Of a stretch of DNA of 64,000 nucleotides, positions 1 to 9,253 are shown in pieces; position 1 is the first letter of the stretch; each line of letters starts with the position of its first letter. The stretch lies in IMG/VR virus record IMGVR_UViG_3300025127_000021; one strand, given 5' to 3'. Below the pieces are notes generated by a model. It was not told where the DNA came from. It did no database searches and worked only from the letters and a program-made list of their open reading frames with translations. The translations under genes were made by a program, and so were the position numbers. This DNA comes from an uncultured virus (IMG/VR IMGVR_UViG_3300025127_000021) (lineage: Duplodnaviria > Heunggongvirae > Uroviricota > Caudoviricetes).

Positions 1-77
1 ATTTCAAGATATCTTTTTGTCTCAAGATCGTTTGGTTGTGAGAACACAACCATAGATCCTTTTTTTATTTGCTCCAA
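1..77 (-). CDS. possible 5' end of a divergent small gene running off the window
   Basis: Minus frame from TTG at 77 reads MEQIKKGSMVVFSQPNDLETKRYLE with no stop to position 1; GGGGGG SD-like run upstream on the minus strand. Confidence 0.3.
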   Translation of the reverse strand, partial: MEQIKKGSMVVFSQPNDLETKRYLE

Positions 78-93
78 TCATTATCCCCCCGAT

Positions 94-105
94 GTAACTA
101 ATTAC
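94..105. promoter_or_regulatory. candidate late promoter, possibly bidirectional
   Basis: GTAACTAATTAC, near-palindromic; contains ACTAATTA (97-104) about 25 nt before ATG 129. Confidence 0.5.
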
Positions 106-128
106 AACATATTTGGAGTTTTTTCTAT

Positions 129-2351
129 ATGATAAGAGTAAAGATAAAAAGAAACGTTGTTTTGCAAGAAGCCCTTAAACTTGAAGAGATGGGTCTACCA
201 GAAATTTTGATAACATTTATTAAAGAAGACTTGCAGCGACGAGAAGACCAAGTTCGTTTAGCTTTGATACTAAAAAATGAGATTTTTGCGTCTCGCACCG
301 CTGATAAGCTCATGAGCTTGTTGTCTATTAGGCTTGATGATTACATTTTTTCATCACTTTCTAGTAAAGATGGCGATATAAACACCCCGGGCCTGCGGGC
401 GGCTGCTAGATACACTAATCCTCACTACATTACTGCTATGCAGGGTGCACACTTTTACCCAGAATACAGTAGAAAAAATTATAAACCAGAAGATCTTCAA
501 GTCAGACCCTTAACTCTTGTTGATATCAAAGGTATGAGAAAATCATTTAAAAAATTTGTTAAAAGAAAAATTGAAAATCCTGCGCAGGCAGCAGATCTTA
601 ATAAGAGAATTGATAACAGTTTGGACACAATTATTGTTGATTTTTATAATTCAAAAATTAGACAAAACATGGGGGGAGAAACTTTAATCTCTTATTTCTT
701 GGATCACCCAACCAATGAAAAGTCTTTAGATGATATGGATATTGCAGATGCCATTAAATTTGCTCAACGATATTTTGATGAAAAAGAAGACCCAGAAAAA
801 ATAGTAATCAGATATGAAAAAAATGATTTATTTTGGTACAACATTGGTGACTCTTCGTGTCCTACGGAAGGTGACAGAATGGGCCACTGCGGTGATGATG
901 AGCGTGGCGCTCTATACTCCCTAAGGTCTAAAAAGAAAAATCAAAAAATATCTGATTCTCACGTTACAATTAGCTACAATGAATATGAAGATGCGGTTTA
1001 TCAAATTAAAGGTAAACAAAACTGCACTCCAAAGCCAAAATACGGACCTTATGTTGTTGATTTTCTTAAAAAAATGGAGGTCATGCGGGTTTTTGAAACA
1101 GGTGAACACTCAAGCTGTGACTTTGGGCCTTTTATGGAATATCTTGAACAAAAATATCCAGATGCTGAATATGGTGATGCAGAGTCTAGAGTAGAAGAGG
1201 CTATCCAAGCTATTAATAATGGCAATTACAATGATGAACATCTTACTTTTTATGCAGAAGATATAGGGTATGCTGCTGACAGACCAATGCTAGCAATTGA
1301 TGCCAATGTTGGCTTTACAATCATACTAGACTTCCTAAAAGATTATCCAGACTTAGATTTTATTGAAGAACTTTTTGAAGATGATCAGGAAAAAATTACA
1401 GAAGATATTATTGATCAATGTGACTTTGAAGATTACGATACTTACAGTGATGGCCTTCAGCTTACTTGGGACAAACAAGAAGAAATACCTAGACTAGTTG
1501 TTAATATTAACTTAACTCCATATGAGAATAACAGGGCCGAGGATCTAGAGTCTGCTGAAAGTGCAATTAGAAACATTGGATATGGCTATACAGGTGCGGA
1601 TATTGAAGAGCATGAGGAGAAAATCAAAAAAATTATTTATAAACAATTTGAAGATGTCCTCAATCCCGATGGCAGAGAGATGTATCAAGATCTTATCGCC
1701 AACATTGAAAAGATAAAAGACAGCTACCAATATTTTGAAGTAGAAGATGCTGATGGATTTATCTCTTTTGAAGCTCAAATTAGTTTACCCCTTAAAGTAA
1801 AGGGGATACCCAATGGTGGAAAATATAGTGGCATGCCATACAACAGAGCTTTAAATTACTATGGTGGTATGGTCACAAGAGCAATTAACGCAGAACGTTA
1901 TACTAAAAAATTAAATGACCTCATGGATATTGAATATAAACAAATTGTCAAAGCCTTGGCACGTCAAGAGAAATTACCGTTCCCAGACTATCAGCACGAA
2001 GAACCGCAAGAAAGATTTGATAAACCATATGATTTCAAGATCGACATTAAATTACCAAGCGGCATTGAAGTTAGAAGAGGAAACACCCAAAGTCCAAAAA
2101 TAATTTTGGAGTTAACAATATCAGAAGTTGATAATAAGAAGACCATGTTGTATGTTATGAACTACGTTAAATTTTTGGAAGAAAGAATACCAAGACTTAT
2201 TGAAAAACTAAACTTCTTTCAAGCTCAAGAAAAAATAGACAAAGCTCACAAAGAAGCTGTCAAAGAATTAACTTCTCCAAGGGATATTCCGGCGAGCCAA
2301 ATTCGCGAAGGAAACAAAAAAAGAAAAATAAATGTAAGAATTAGACGATAA
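129..2351 (+). CDS. probable virion/internal protein with PcfJ-like domain
   Basis: 740 aa; EGDRMGHCG..LYSLR..HVTI..QIKGKQN resembles PcfJ-like domains; IRVKIKR-type tag at both termini. Confidence 0.6.
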   Translation: MIRVKIKRNVVLQEALKLEEMGLPEILITFIKEDLQRREDQVRLALILKNEIFASRTADKLMSLLSIRLDDYIFSSLSSKDGDINTPGLRAAARYTNPHYITAMQGAHFYPEYSRKNYKPEDLQVRPLTLVDIKGMRKSFKKFVKRKIENPAQAADLNKRIDNSLDTIIVDFYNSKIRQNMGGETLISYFLDHPTNEKSLDDMDIADAIKFAQRYFDEKEDPEKIVIRYEKNDLFWYNIGDSSCPTEGDRMGHCGDDERGALYSLRSKKKNQKISDSHVTISYNEYEDAVYQIKGKQNCTPKPKYGPYVVDFLKKMEVMRVFETGEHSSCDFGPFMEYLEQKYPDAEYGDAESRVEEAIQAINNGNYNDEHLTFYAEDIGYAADRPMLAIDANVGFTIILDFLKDYPDLDFIEELFEDDQEKITEDIIDQCDFEDYDTYSDGLQLTWDKQEEIPRLVVNINLTPYENNRAEDLESAESAIRNIGYGYTGADIEEHEEKIKKIIYKQFEDVLNPDGREMYQDLIANIEKIKDSYQYFEVEDADGFISFEAQISLPLKVKGIPNGGKYSGMPYNRALNYYGGMVTRAINAERYTKKLNDLMDIEYKQIVKALARQEKLPFPDYQHEEPQERFDKPYDFKIDIKLPSGIEVRRGNTQSPKIILELTISEVDNKKTMLYVMNYVKFLEERIPRLIEKLNFFQAQEKIDKAHKEAVKELTSPRDIPASQIREGNKKRKINVRIRR

Positions 2352-2393
2352 TGCGAATTAGAACATAGGTACTAATAGGGGGGGTCCTATGAG

Positions 2394-3392
2394 GTGTTTA
2401 CTTTAATTTTCTTTTTACTGTCGTGTGCTAGTGATCACATGATAGCGTACAAGGTCACAGAGACCATAACCGAGACCAAACATGCCCAAGATATAATTAT
2501 ATACGTTGAGGGTGAAACTGTCGAAGACACAGCGTTTGATGGTGCGCCAATATGGGTAGATTCGTTTACACAGCCAACATCTGTCAATGGTGTTGATATT
2601 CTTTGGGTGATTGATCCATCTGGATCTATGAATCAACACCAAACAAGATTACTAATGGGTATTGACGCCATGATGCAAGCTTTACCACCAAGTGGATGGA
2701 GGCTGGCTATAATACCATCTGATTGGAGATTTGCTGAGTCCGAGAATCAGTTTCCATTGGTGCCCGGAGATACTTATCAAATGGCCGAATATATGTACAT
2801 CCAATCAAAAGCTGGGGCATTTGAAGCTGGTTTTGATGCAGCGTATGCCTATATGATGACAAATCAATACTCATCGACTTGGATGAGAAATGATGCAGCA
2901 TTATTAATTGTTTTTGTCTCTGATGAGAAAGAACAAAGCAACAAATATTTACCGGATGCAGCTAGTTTTATTGGATGGGCTAGCTCTCAAAGACAAAGTG
3001 TGTTTGTGGCTTCGATAGTCAATCTTCACCCTGATGATTCTTTATGCAATACGGCTGTCAATAATCATGGAAAAAAATATATTGATGCGGCAAACAACTT
3101 TAATGGACAAGTCGTGGATATATGCTCCGAAGATTGGACCGCTGGTGTTTCTGATGCAGCAAATCAAGTTGAACCCTACGAAGAGTGGCCGCTAACTCAC
3201 GAACCATCAGACCCAAATCACATATACGTTTTTCATGATGGAGTGCCAATTCCAGACAACGATGGTGTGGACACTTTTTGGCATTATGATGCAGTCAACA
3301 ATTCAGTTATTTTTGATAAAGTCCCTAGTGCTCACGTCTTGGTTGAGATTGCATATTATTATGATGAAGAGGAGCAAGATACCGGAAACTAA
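2394..3392 (+). CDS. vWA (MIDAS) domain lipoprotein
   Basis: GTG start; short hydrophobic N-terminus with LLSC lipobox; VDILWVIDPSGS (DxSxS) and IVFVSDE. Confidence 0.75.
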   Translation: MFTLIFFLLSCASDHMIAYKVTETITETKHAQDIIIYVEGETVEDTAFDGAPIWVDSFTQPTSVNGVDILWVIDPSGSMNQHQTRLLMGIDAMMQALPPSGWRLAIIPSDWRFAESENQFPLVPGDTYQMAEYMYIQSKAGAFEAGFDAAYAYMMTNQYSSTWMRNDAALLIVFVSDEKEQSNKYLPDAASFIGWASSQRQSVFVASIVNLHPDDSLCNTAVNNHGKKYIDAANNFNGQVVDICSEDWTAGVSDAANQVEPYEEWPLTHEPSDPNHIYVFHDGVPIPDNDGVDTFWHYDAVNNSVIFDKVPSAHVLVEIAYYYDEEEQDTGN

Positions 3393-3399
3393 CTATTTA
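3392..3399 (+). promoter_or_regulatory. candidate late promoter
   Basis: ACTATTTA followed by GAGG SD and ATG 3416. Confidence 0.6.
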
Positions 3400-3415
3400 T
3401 ATTCGAGGTATCTCT

Positions 3416-4795
3416 ATGAAGTTAATTTTAGAAAAATGGAACAAGCTTCTAAATGAAGAAGAAGATAGTATTCATGTTGATGCAATTCAGCAACTCGGTT
3501 TCAATAATGTTGAATATATTAGTAAAGGCTTGTATGGATCAGTGTATCGTGGCACATGGGATAGCTATGATGGTGTTGAGCATGCAATTAAAGTTATGCC
3601 GGCAGGGAATGGAAAAGAAGAAGCTAGAATTTACAAAACAATATCGGATGCTAGAAAAAGCAACAAACTTATAGCTAAGCATTTTCCAAGAGTTGATATG
3701 GCTCGATTTGACTCACAAAGAGGGCTTGTCTTAATCGTTATGGAGATTCTAGAAGATGATTCAAATGCAAAGTCCGTAATTCAAGATATTTTTGGTCAAG
3801 GTGAAGTTGGACGATTTCGACCAGATTTGTCACTGGATGATATGGACGTGCAAAAGAATATTGGCAAACGTGCTAACTTAATGATCACAGATGAAAAAAC
3901 AAAACAAATGGTTTTGGATAAAATGCTCTACTTTGCTCCCAACCGACAAGAAGAAATAAAAAGAAACATGATGAACATAAGCTTTAGAGGAGTCAAGCGG
4001 CAGCCAAAGATTTATAAAACAGTAAACAGACAATACGAAACTGGTTCCAAATTGTTTGAACTAATAGATGTTATGATGGACGATCTAATGTACAAAGACA
4101 ATGGCAAACTAATGGGAGCAGAAGCATTTAGCTTTGCTATTCGCTTTATATATGAATGCATGAAAGCTTGGGAAAAAGATTTTGATGAAGGTTTTGATGT
4201 GTTATTTAAAGAGATCGAACCTGCAATAGAAGATTTTATTAACTTATATAGACAATGGACACCAGTTGGTATAGTTCCAAAGGGCTCTGGTTTCTTACAA
4301 GGTGCACCGCCTGAGGCTCAAGGAGCCGGCTATCCCGGAGTTAAAAGCATACTAAAAGCAATCGAGGAATTAGAAGCGATAACTGGATTGGAGGCTAGGG
4401 ATATGCATGACCGCAATATTTTAGTTAGACCTGAGACTAAAGATATTGTTATTGTTGATGTTGGTATGTTTAGATCAGGAAAGAAAATGGCGAAGAAATG
4501 GCGTAGAGGGCAACCTCCAAGATATGAACGAAATGTCACCGTAATGCAAGAAGTATCCCCAGAAGATGAACACGCTGGTCATGTTGAACGCTCTAAACAT
4601 CAAGGCCTTAGAAATGTTATAGAACAGATGATAGATATTGTTCTTGATGAGCGTTGCCAAAAAGGCTATAAGACACACCCAAAGCGCAAGACAAAAAAAA
4701 TGTATGGCAAGACTTATCGAAACTGTGTAAAAGCTGAGGCCCAAGGTGAAAAACCTTCAAAACGCATAACTGTGCGTCTAAGAAAAAAGAAATAA
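3416..4795 (+). CDS. Ser/Thr protein kinase-like protein with C-terminal Cys/basic module
   Basis: Gly loop SKGLYGSVY, HAIK lysine, RDMHDRNILV catalytic loop, DVG in the DFG position; large insert between the lobes. Confidence 0.8.
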   Translation: MKLILEKWNKLLNEEEDSIHVDAIQQLGFNNVEYISKGLYGSVYRGTWDSYDGVEHAIKVMPAGNGKEEARIYKTISDARKSNKLIAKHFPRVDMARFDSQRGLVLIVMEILEDDSNAKSVIQDIFGQGEVGRFRPDLSLDDMDVQKNIGKRANLMITDEKTKQMVLDKMLYFAPNRQEEIKRNMMNISFRGVKRQPKIYKTVNRQYETGSKLFELIDVMMDDLMYKDNGKLMGAEAFSFAIRFIYECMKAWEKDFDEGFDVLFKEIEPAIEDFINLYRQWTPVGIVPKGSGFLQGAPPEAQGAGYPGVKSILKAIEELEAITGLEARDMHDRNILVRPETKDIVIVDVGMFRSGKKMAKKWRRGQPPRYERNVTVMQEVSPEDEHAGHVERSKHQGLRNVIEQMIDIVLDERCQKGYKTHPKRKTKKMYGKTYRNCVKAEAQGEKPSKRITVRLRKKK

Positions 4796-4802
4796 CTATT
4801 TA
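4795..4802 (+). promoter_or_regulatory. candidate late promoter
   Basis: ACTATTTA, then AGGA SD, ATG 4820. Confidence 0.6.
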
Positions 4803-4819
4803 CTTGTAGGAATTTTGCT

Positions 4820-5170
4820 ATGGAAATCACAAAAGAAGAATTACAAAATATTATAAAAGAAGAGCTTGATGCAGTGCTTGATGAAAAACGCAAGAAAAAA
4901 CGCAAAAAACGCAAGAAAGCCGGCACAGAATCAAGCAAAGAATCTTCGCTTCGAGACTGGTTTGGTCGCAAAGGAGCCAAAGGCAAGAAGAAAGGCTGGG
5001 TTGACTGTAATGCTCCCGATGGAAAAGGTGGATATAAGTCTTGCGGTCGGTCAACTGGTGAAAAACGCAAAAAATACCCTGCATGTAGACCCACTCCCGG
5101 AGCCTGTAAGGAACGAGGTAAAGGAAAATCTTGGGGAAAGAAAGCCAAAAAACGAGGCAAAAAGAAATGA
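4820..5170 (+). CDS. small very basic Cys-containing protein, probable internal head protein
   Basis: N-terminal MEITKEELQNIIKEEL tag; KRKKKRKKRKK; GWVDCN..KYPACRP. Confidence 0.7.
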   Translation: MEITKEELQNIIKEELDAVLDEKRKKKRKKRKKAGTESSKESSLRDWFGRKGAKGKKKGWVDCNAPDGKGGYKSCGRSTGEKRKKYPACRPTPGACKERGKGKSWGKKAKKRGKKK

Positions 5171-5457
5171 AACTCACACAAGAAGAATTACAACATATTA
5201 TCTTAGAAGAGCTTAAATCTTTATTGGAGAATGAAGAACCAAAAAAACAAGCAACACCAGAAGAACTTGAAGCTTTAAAACAACTTATAGAAGCTGGTGA
5301 TGCTGGAATGATAAGATACTTTGTTGACATGTTGAAAATTCAAGTTGACCATAGTCATGAAATAATCTCAGCGATTTACAACTCTAGAAATTTAAACGCT
5401 GGTGAAAAACATGGTATTGCTATGAGCATGATCAAATACGAGGAAAAAAAGAAATGA
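5167..5457 (+). CDS. hypothetical protein with MKLTQEELQHIILEE tag
   Basis: ATGA overlap with the upstream stop favours start 5167 over 5131. Confidence 0.7.
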   Translation: MKLTQEELQHIILEELKSLLENEEPKKQATPEELEALKQLIEAGDAGMIRYFVDMLKIQVDHSHEIISAIYNSRNLNAGEKHGIAMSMIKYEEKKK

Positions 5458-6368
5458 AACTCACACAAGAACAATTACGACATATAATCAAAGAAGAGTT
5501 TGATGCTGTTGTTGCGGAAAAGGCTTCTAAAAAATCACGACGTAAAAAACGTGCCAAAGTTAAAAAGAAAAAAGCCAAAAAGGCTGGCGGTGGAGACCGA
5601 TGTACACGTATTGCTAAAAGAAAATATGATGTCTGGCCTTCAGCTTATGCCTCGGGTGCTGTTGTTAAATGTCGTCAAGGAAAAATCTGGAAGGGCCTTA
5701 AGGAAGTTTTATCCGAAGACGACTTTAAGCCTCATATGATGTACAATCCAAAAACTGGTGACAAAAAGAAAGCCGAAAAACATGAAGATCACAAAGCATT
5801 AGCAAAAAAAGGCTACACCCATGTTAACCCAAAAGATTTGGAAAAAGTCTTAGATAAAGAAGGTGGTGCTGCTGGACCTGAACCTATGGTTAAAGACACA
5901 AATGCTTCTGAGGAAGAAGTCATTGATACTTTAGACGGCATGGATAATGTTGGCAAGCACAAAAAAGGTGACTACATTAAAGATGACGGTAAACAAATCA
6001 AAGTTCAAAAAGAAGGCAAAAAAAATTGCGGGTGTGGACAAGATCCATGTATAACTTATGGCAAAATTAACGAAGAAGCAATGACGGAATATGATGATGT
6101 TATTGTTGAAGAAGACTTGGATGAGTCAAGCCGTTGCACTAAAGTTACCAAAAAGGCTTCTTCTACTCGAAAAGGTAAAAAGTGGATGAAATGTGTCAAA
6201 AGTGATAGCGGTGGATACAAAAGAATCCATTGGGGACAGGCTGGAGTTCGAGTTACCGGTAAGTCTGGCAATACAAAGCGAAAAAAATCATTTAAAAAGC
6301 GCCACGGGTGCTCTAAGGCTAAATCAAATACACCCAAAGGGCAAGCCTGTAAAGATTGGGCAGAATAA
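5454..6368 (+). CDS. modular basic protein with several Cys micro-domains, probable internal head protein
   Basis: MKLTQEQLRHIIKEE tag; modules WPSAYASG, DFKPHMMY, NCGCGQDPC, RIHWGQ..KSFKKRHGC. Confidence 0.7.
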   Translation: MKLTQEQLRHIIKEEFDAVVAEKASKKSRRKKRAKVKKKKAKKAGGGDRCTRIAKRKYDVWPSAYASGAVVKCRQGKIWKGLKEVLSEDDFKPHMMYNPKTGDKKKAEKHEDHKALAKKGYTHVNPKDLEKVLDKEGGAAGPEPMVKDTNASEEEVIDTLDGMDNVGKHKKGDYIKDDGKQIKVQKEGKKNCGCGQDPCITYGKINEEAMTEYDDVIVEEDLDESSRCTKVTKKASSTRKGKKWMKCVKSDSGGYKRIHWGQAGVRVTGKSGNTKRKKSFKKRHGCSKAKSNTPKGQACKDWAE

Positions 6369-6380
6369 TTAACTTTTTGC

Positions 6381-6409
6381 TTGACAAAACATGCGTAACG
6401 TGTTATATT
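6381..6409 (+). promoter_or_regulatory. sigma70-type promoter
   Basis: TTGACA-17 nt-TATATT with TG extension, about 20 nt before ATG 6429. Confidence 0.8.
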
Positions 6410-6428
6410 ATAATAGGATTATACAAAT

Positions 6429-7613
6429 ATGAGTAAAACTGTAACCTTTGATTTTGATAACACCATTGTTATGTCTTATATGGATCTTGAATCACCTGAT
6501 CTTGAGTACAAATTTCAAGGTTACAACAAAGATATTATAGATATTATAATGTCATACATACAAAAAGGCTATGATGTGCATATTGTCACGTCAAGACATG
6601 AGAGCAAAGAGGGTATGTTCCCTGATGACACTGTCCCAAAGCACCTTGAAAAGCTAAATTTAACACAATACTTCTGGCCTGATAAGGTTCACTACACAAA
6701 TGGCAAACCAAAGACTGCCAAATTGAACGAATTGGGTTCAACATTGCACTATGATGACGATATGGAAGAACATATCGGGAATTTTGGTGGCATACCTATT
6801 AAAAATCCGCTTGATTTCTATAAGGACTCATATATTGTTACTAAAGCATGCATATTTGACTTAAATGATCATATTTTATTACTTAGAAGAAGCGACAAAG
6901 GCAAAAAATGGGACCTTCCCGGAGGCCATATCAAAGAAATTGAGGTTGAGCGAGGCGAACAAGGCTATTTAGACGGTCTTGAGCGTGAAGTTGCAGAGGA
7001 GACAGGACTAATTTTGCCATTTGCAGACAGAATAGGCGACCAAGCCTTTGAATTTGACAAGAAAAAGTCCCATGTACATGTCTATATCGTTAAAATGAAC
7101 AAAATTCAACCCCATGTTAACCTTGATATGCAAGATTTTCGTGAAAATGAAGACTATAGGTGGGTTTCAATGGACGAAATCGACTTTTATACCGATAATT
7201 CGACCAAAGTGCTCAAAAAAGCAGTAGAATTCCTTCAAAATCGTGGTTTATTGACCGAAAAAGAGGCTTGGTACCTTCGTAGACGCCGAAAAGACGTAAA
7301 AAACCGCAAAAAACTCATTGGAATGGGCAATAACAAGCACACAGGTGGCGGAAAAGGCCATTCTAGGCCTAAAATGGGGTCTCCCAAGTCCGCTCCACCC
7401 GCTGTTGGGGTACTTGAAGAGGAAAATCCTAAAAAAAAACGTAAAATTAGGGTAAAAATTGCCAAAAATGACCCCAAATTAGACGAAAAAAGGCGTAAAA
7501 AACGTCGGAAAAAGGCCAAAAAACGTCGAAATAGGGGGTCAAATTGGCCCTATATAGGCGGTAATACACATGATTTTGGTGATTCTGGTGGAGATGGAGG
7601 CGGAGGGGAATAA
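6429..7613 (+). CDS. HAD-like phosphatase / Nudix hydrolase fusion with basic C-terminal tail
   Basis: FDFDNT (DxDxT) and HYDDD; WDLPGG..REVAEETGL Nudix box; Lys/Arg-rich tail. Confidence 0.85.
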   Translation: MSKTVTFDFDNTIVMSYMDLESPDLEYKFQGYNKDIIDIIMSYIQKGYDVHIVTSRHESKEGMFPDDTVPKHLEKLNLTQYFWPDKVHYTNGKPKTAKLNELGSTLHYDDDMEEHIGNFGGIPIKNPLDFYKDSYIVTKACIFDLNDHILLLRRSDKGKKWDLPGGHIKEIEVERGEQGYLDGLEREVAEETGLILPFADRIGDQAFEFDKKKSHVHVYIVKMNKIQPHVNLDMQDFRENEDYRWVSMDEIDFYTDNSTKVLKKAVEFLQNRGLLTEKEAWYLRRRRKDVKNRKKLIGMGNNKHTGGGKGHSRPKMGSPKSAPPAVGVLEEENPKKKRKIRVKIAKNDPKLDEKRRKKRRKKAKKRRNRGSNWPYIGGNTHDFGDSGGDGGGGE

Positions 7614-7653
7614 TATAATTCGGTTCCTAGTTACTTAAAAAAGAGTAGCCGGC

Positions 7654-7932
7654 ATGAATTATAGCAAAGTAGTTGAAAAAATTAAAAAATTGCTTCTACA
7701 GGGCACAGAAAACACCCTAATCGCAGTCAATATTAAGGGCGAAGGGTACGGTTACTACTATGATTTGATAACGATGAGTTTTACAAAGATATCAAGAACC
7801 TCAGAAATGTATATTTTGCCCGTAAAAAGAACTCATGAAGGTAAAGTATCAGTGTATATTCCGAATTATCATGGCGGTGGAACCATTATTCAAGTTGATG
7901 AAGGTGATATTGTATACGTTGGTCAAAATTAA
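7654..7932 (+). CDS. hypothetical protein
   Basis: 92-aa ORF; CCTAGTTA late-like motif at 7626-7633. Confidence 0.6.
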   Translation: MNYSKVVEKIKKLLLQGTENTLIAVNIKGEGYGYYYDLITMSFTKISRTSEMYILPVKRTHEGKVSVYIPNYHGGGTIIQVDEGDIVYVGQN

Positions 7933-7944
7933 GGTTTAAAAAAC

Positions 7945-8067
7945 ATGCTAAATAACATAAAAATGTTGCTTTTTTTCGCGGCAGCTTATTTGTTTTACAT
8001 TATTTTTGATTTTGAGTTTACTGTAATAACAATATTACTAATTATTTTAGTATCTTTGAGGAATTAA
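7945..8067 (+). CDS. 40-aa hydrophobic membrane micro-protein (not in the ORF track)
   Basis: MLNNIKMLLFFAAAYLFYIIFDFEFTVITILLIILVSLRN; AAGG upstream; fills the gap between neighbours. Confidence 0.55.
   Translation: MLNNIKMLLFFAAAYLFYIIFDFEFTVITILLIILVSLRN
8037..8044 (+). promoter_or_regulatory. candidate late promoter
   Basis: ACTAATTA, then GAGG SD, ATG 8071. Confidence 0.55.
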
Positions 8068-8070
8068 TCG

Positions 8071-8373
8071 ATGAAAATAGACAAAAAACGTATTTTAGAA
8101 ATAATCTCTGAGGAGTTTGATATGATGTACAAGCACAATCACCACTCCCGAGGGCAGCATTTTGAGGACAAAGAGGGCAAAATGGTGCGTGGGCAGCTTG
8201 AAAACATTGCAAAATATTCAATTGAGCTTCACCAAATGCTTGAGCCCTATGGTGACAACCTACAACTTGAAGGTTGGATTCAAAAAAAACTAGCTTTAGC
8301 AGAGGATTACATATCTAAAGTTAAACATTTTTTAGAAAATGAATTAAATGTTGCACCAGATGACAGAGGTTAA
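8071..8373 (+). CDS. small helical protein with MKIDKKRILEIISEE tag
   Basis: N-terminal tag plus a KMVRGQL..LEGWIQKKL helical module. Confidence 0.65.
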   Translation: MKIDKKRILEIISEEFDMMYKHNHHSRGQHFEDKEGKMVRGQLENIAKYSIELHQMLEPYGDNLQLEGWIQKKLALAEDYISKVKHFLENELNVAPDDRG

Positions 8374-8380
8374 GATCAAA

Positions 8381-8725
8381 ATGCATAAAGTTGATCATAT
8401 AGCCATTAGAGTATCAGATCTCGACCTTGCACAAGAGTGGTATGAGAAGATGCTCGGTGCGAAATTGCAATATAAAGACCAATATTACCGTAGAATGTTG
8501 CTTAATAACACAACTTTAGCACTTATAGATGAAAACAAGTACCCTGATGACCATATTGGAGTACTAGTTGAGGACTTTGATCAATTACCCAATGTTGGAA
8601 CAAGGATCCACCATCGTGATGGCACTGTTGGGGTATACGTTGAAGACCCATTTGGTCATGTTGTTGAGTATATATGGTACTCACCAGAGACCAAGGAAAC
8701 ATATTTGAGAGAAAACAATGAGTAA
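8381..8725 (+). CDS. VOC/glyoxalase-family protein
   Basis: VDHIAIRVSDL..WY..LG and HIG..VYVEDPFGHVVE motifs; start may be 8360. Confidence 0.85.
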   Translation: MHKVDHIAIRVSDLDLAQEWYEKMLGAKLQYKDQYYRRMLLNNTTLALIDENKYPDDHIGVLVEDFDQLPNVGTRIHHRDGTVGVYVEDPFGHVVEYIWYSPETKETYLRENNE

Positions 8726-9014
8726 AAAAATATACAGAGGGCCCTATGCTGGTCCAATTGAACCTGAGTTGCTCAATAGTATTGATAAATCAATGCAACA
8801 GATGGACAGAAACTATTGGAAACTTGGAGCAACATCATCATTTCCAAGAAAATTTAAAGCTTCTTATGTAAATGTTATGATGACAGACCCAGATACAGGT
8901 GAAAAAAAGAAACACATTATGGGACCTTACTCAAAAAAGACGGCCCAAAGTGTCATGACAGACTTGCTAGCCCAAGGGGAGTGTTCTTGGATTGAAGAAG
9001 ATTGGATCCGGTAA
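8718..9014 (+). CDS. hypothetical protein
   Basis: 98-aa ORF overlapping both neighbours. Confidence 0.65.
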   Translation: MSKKIYRGPYAGPIEPELLNSIDKSMQQMDRNYWKLGATSSFPRKFKASYVNVMMTDPDTGEKKKHIMGPYSKKTAQSVMTDLLAQGECSWIEEDWIR

Positions 9015-9249
9015 GCCATTTGGCCACTCAGCTTTAAAAAGATTGGCTATTGGCGATTTAGTTCAATGGTCAAGTTTGGAAACTGATGAAGACAAAAAAT
9101 GGTTTGAAAAAAAATCACAAGGAGTGTTGATTGACATTCTTGTGGAAGAGTATGGAGGCCGAGAAATTTACTTTGGCGAGGTTATCCCCGTAAAAAATCA
9201 AATTACTTGTAGAGTCTTCTTATATTTGTTAGAGCGAGTAACTATTTAA
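8992..9249 (+). CDS. hypothetical protein (small beta-barrel-like)
   Basis: TTG start after GGGGAG; LAIGDLVQW motif. Confidence 0.55.
   Translation: MKKIGSGKPFGHSALKRLAIGDLVQWSSLETDEDKKWFEKKSQGVLIDILVEEYGGREIYFGEVIPVKNQITCRVFLYLLERVTI
9241..9248 (+). promoter_or_regulatory. candidate late promoter (leaderless mRNA)
   Basis: ACTATTTA only 5 nt before ATG 9254, no SD. Confidence 0.55.
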
Positions 9250-9253
9250 TATC

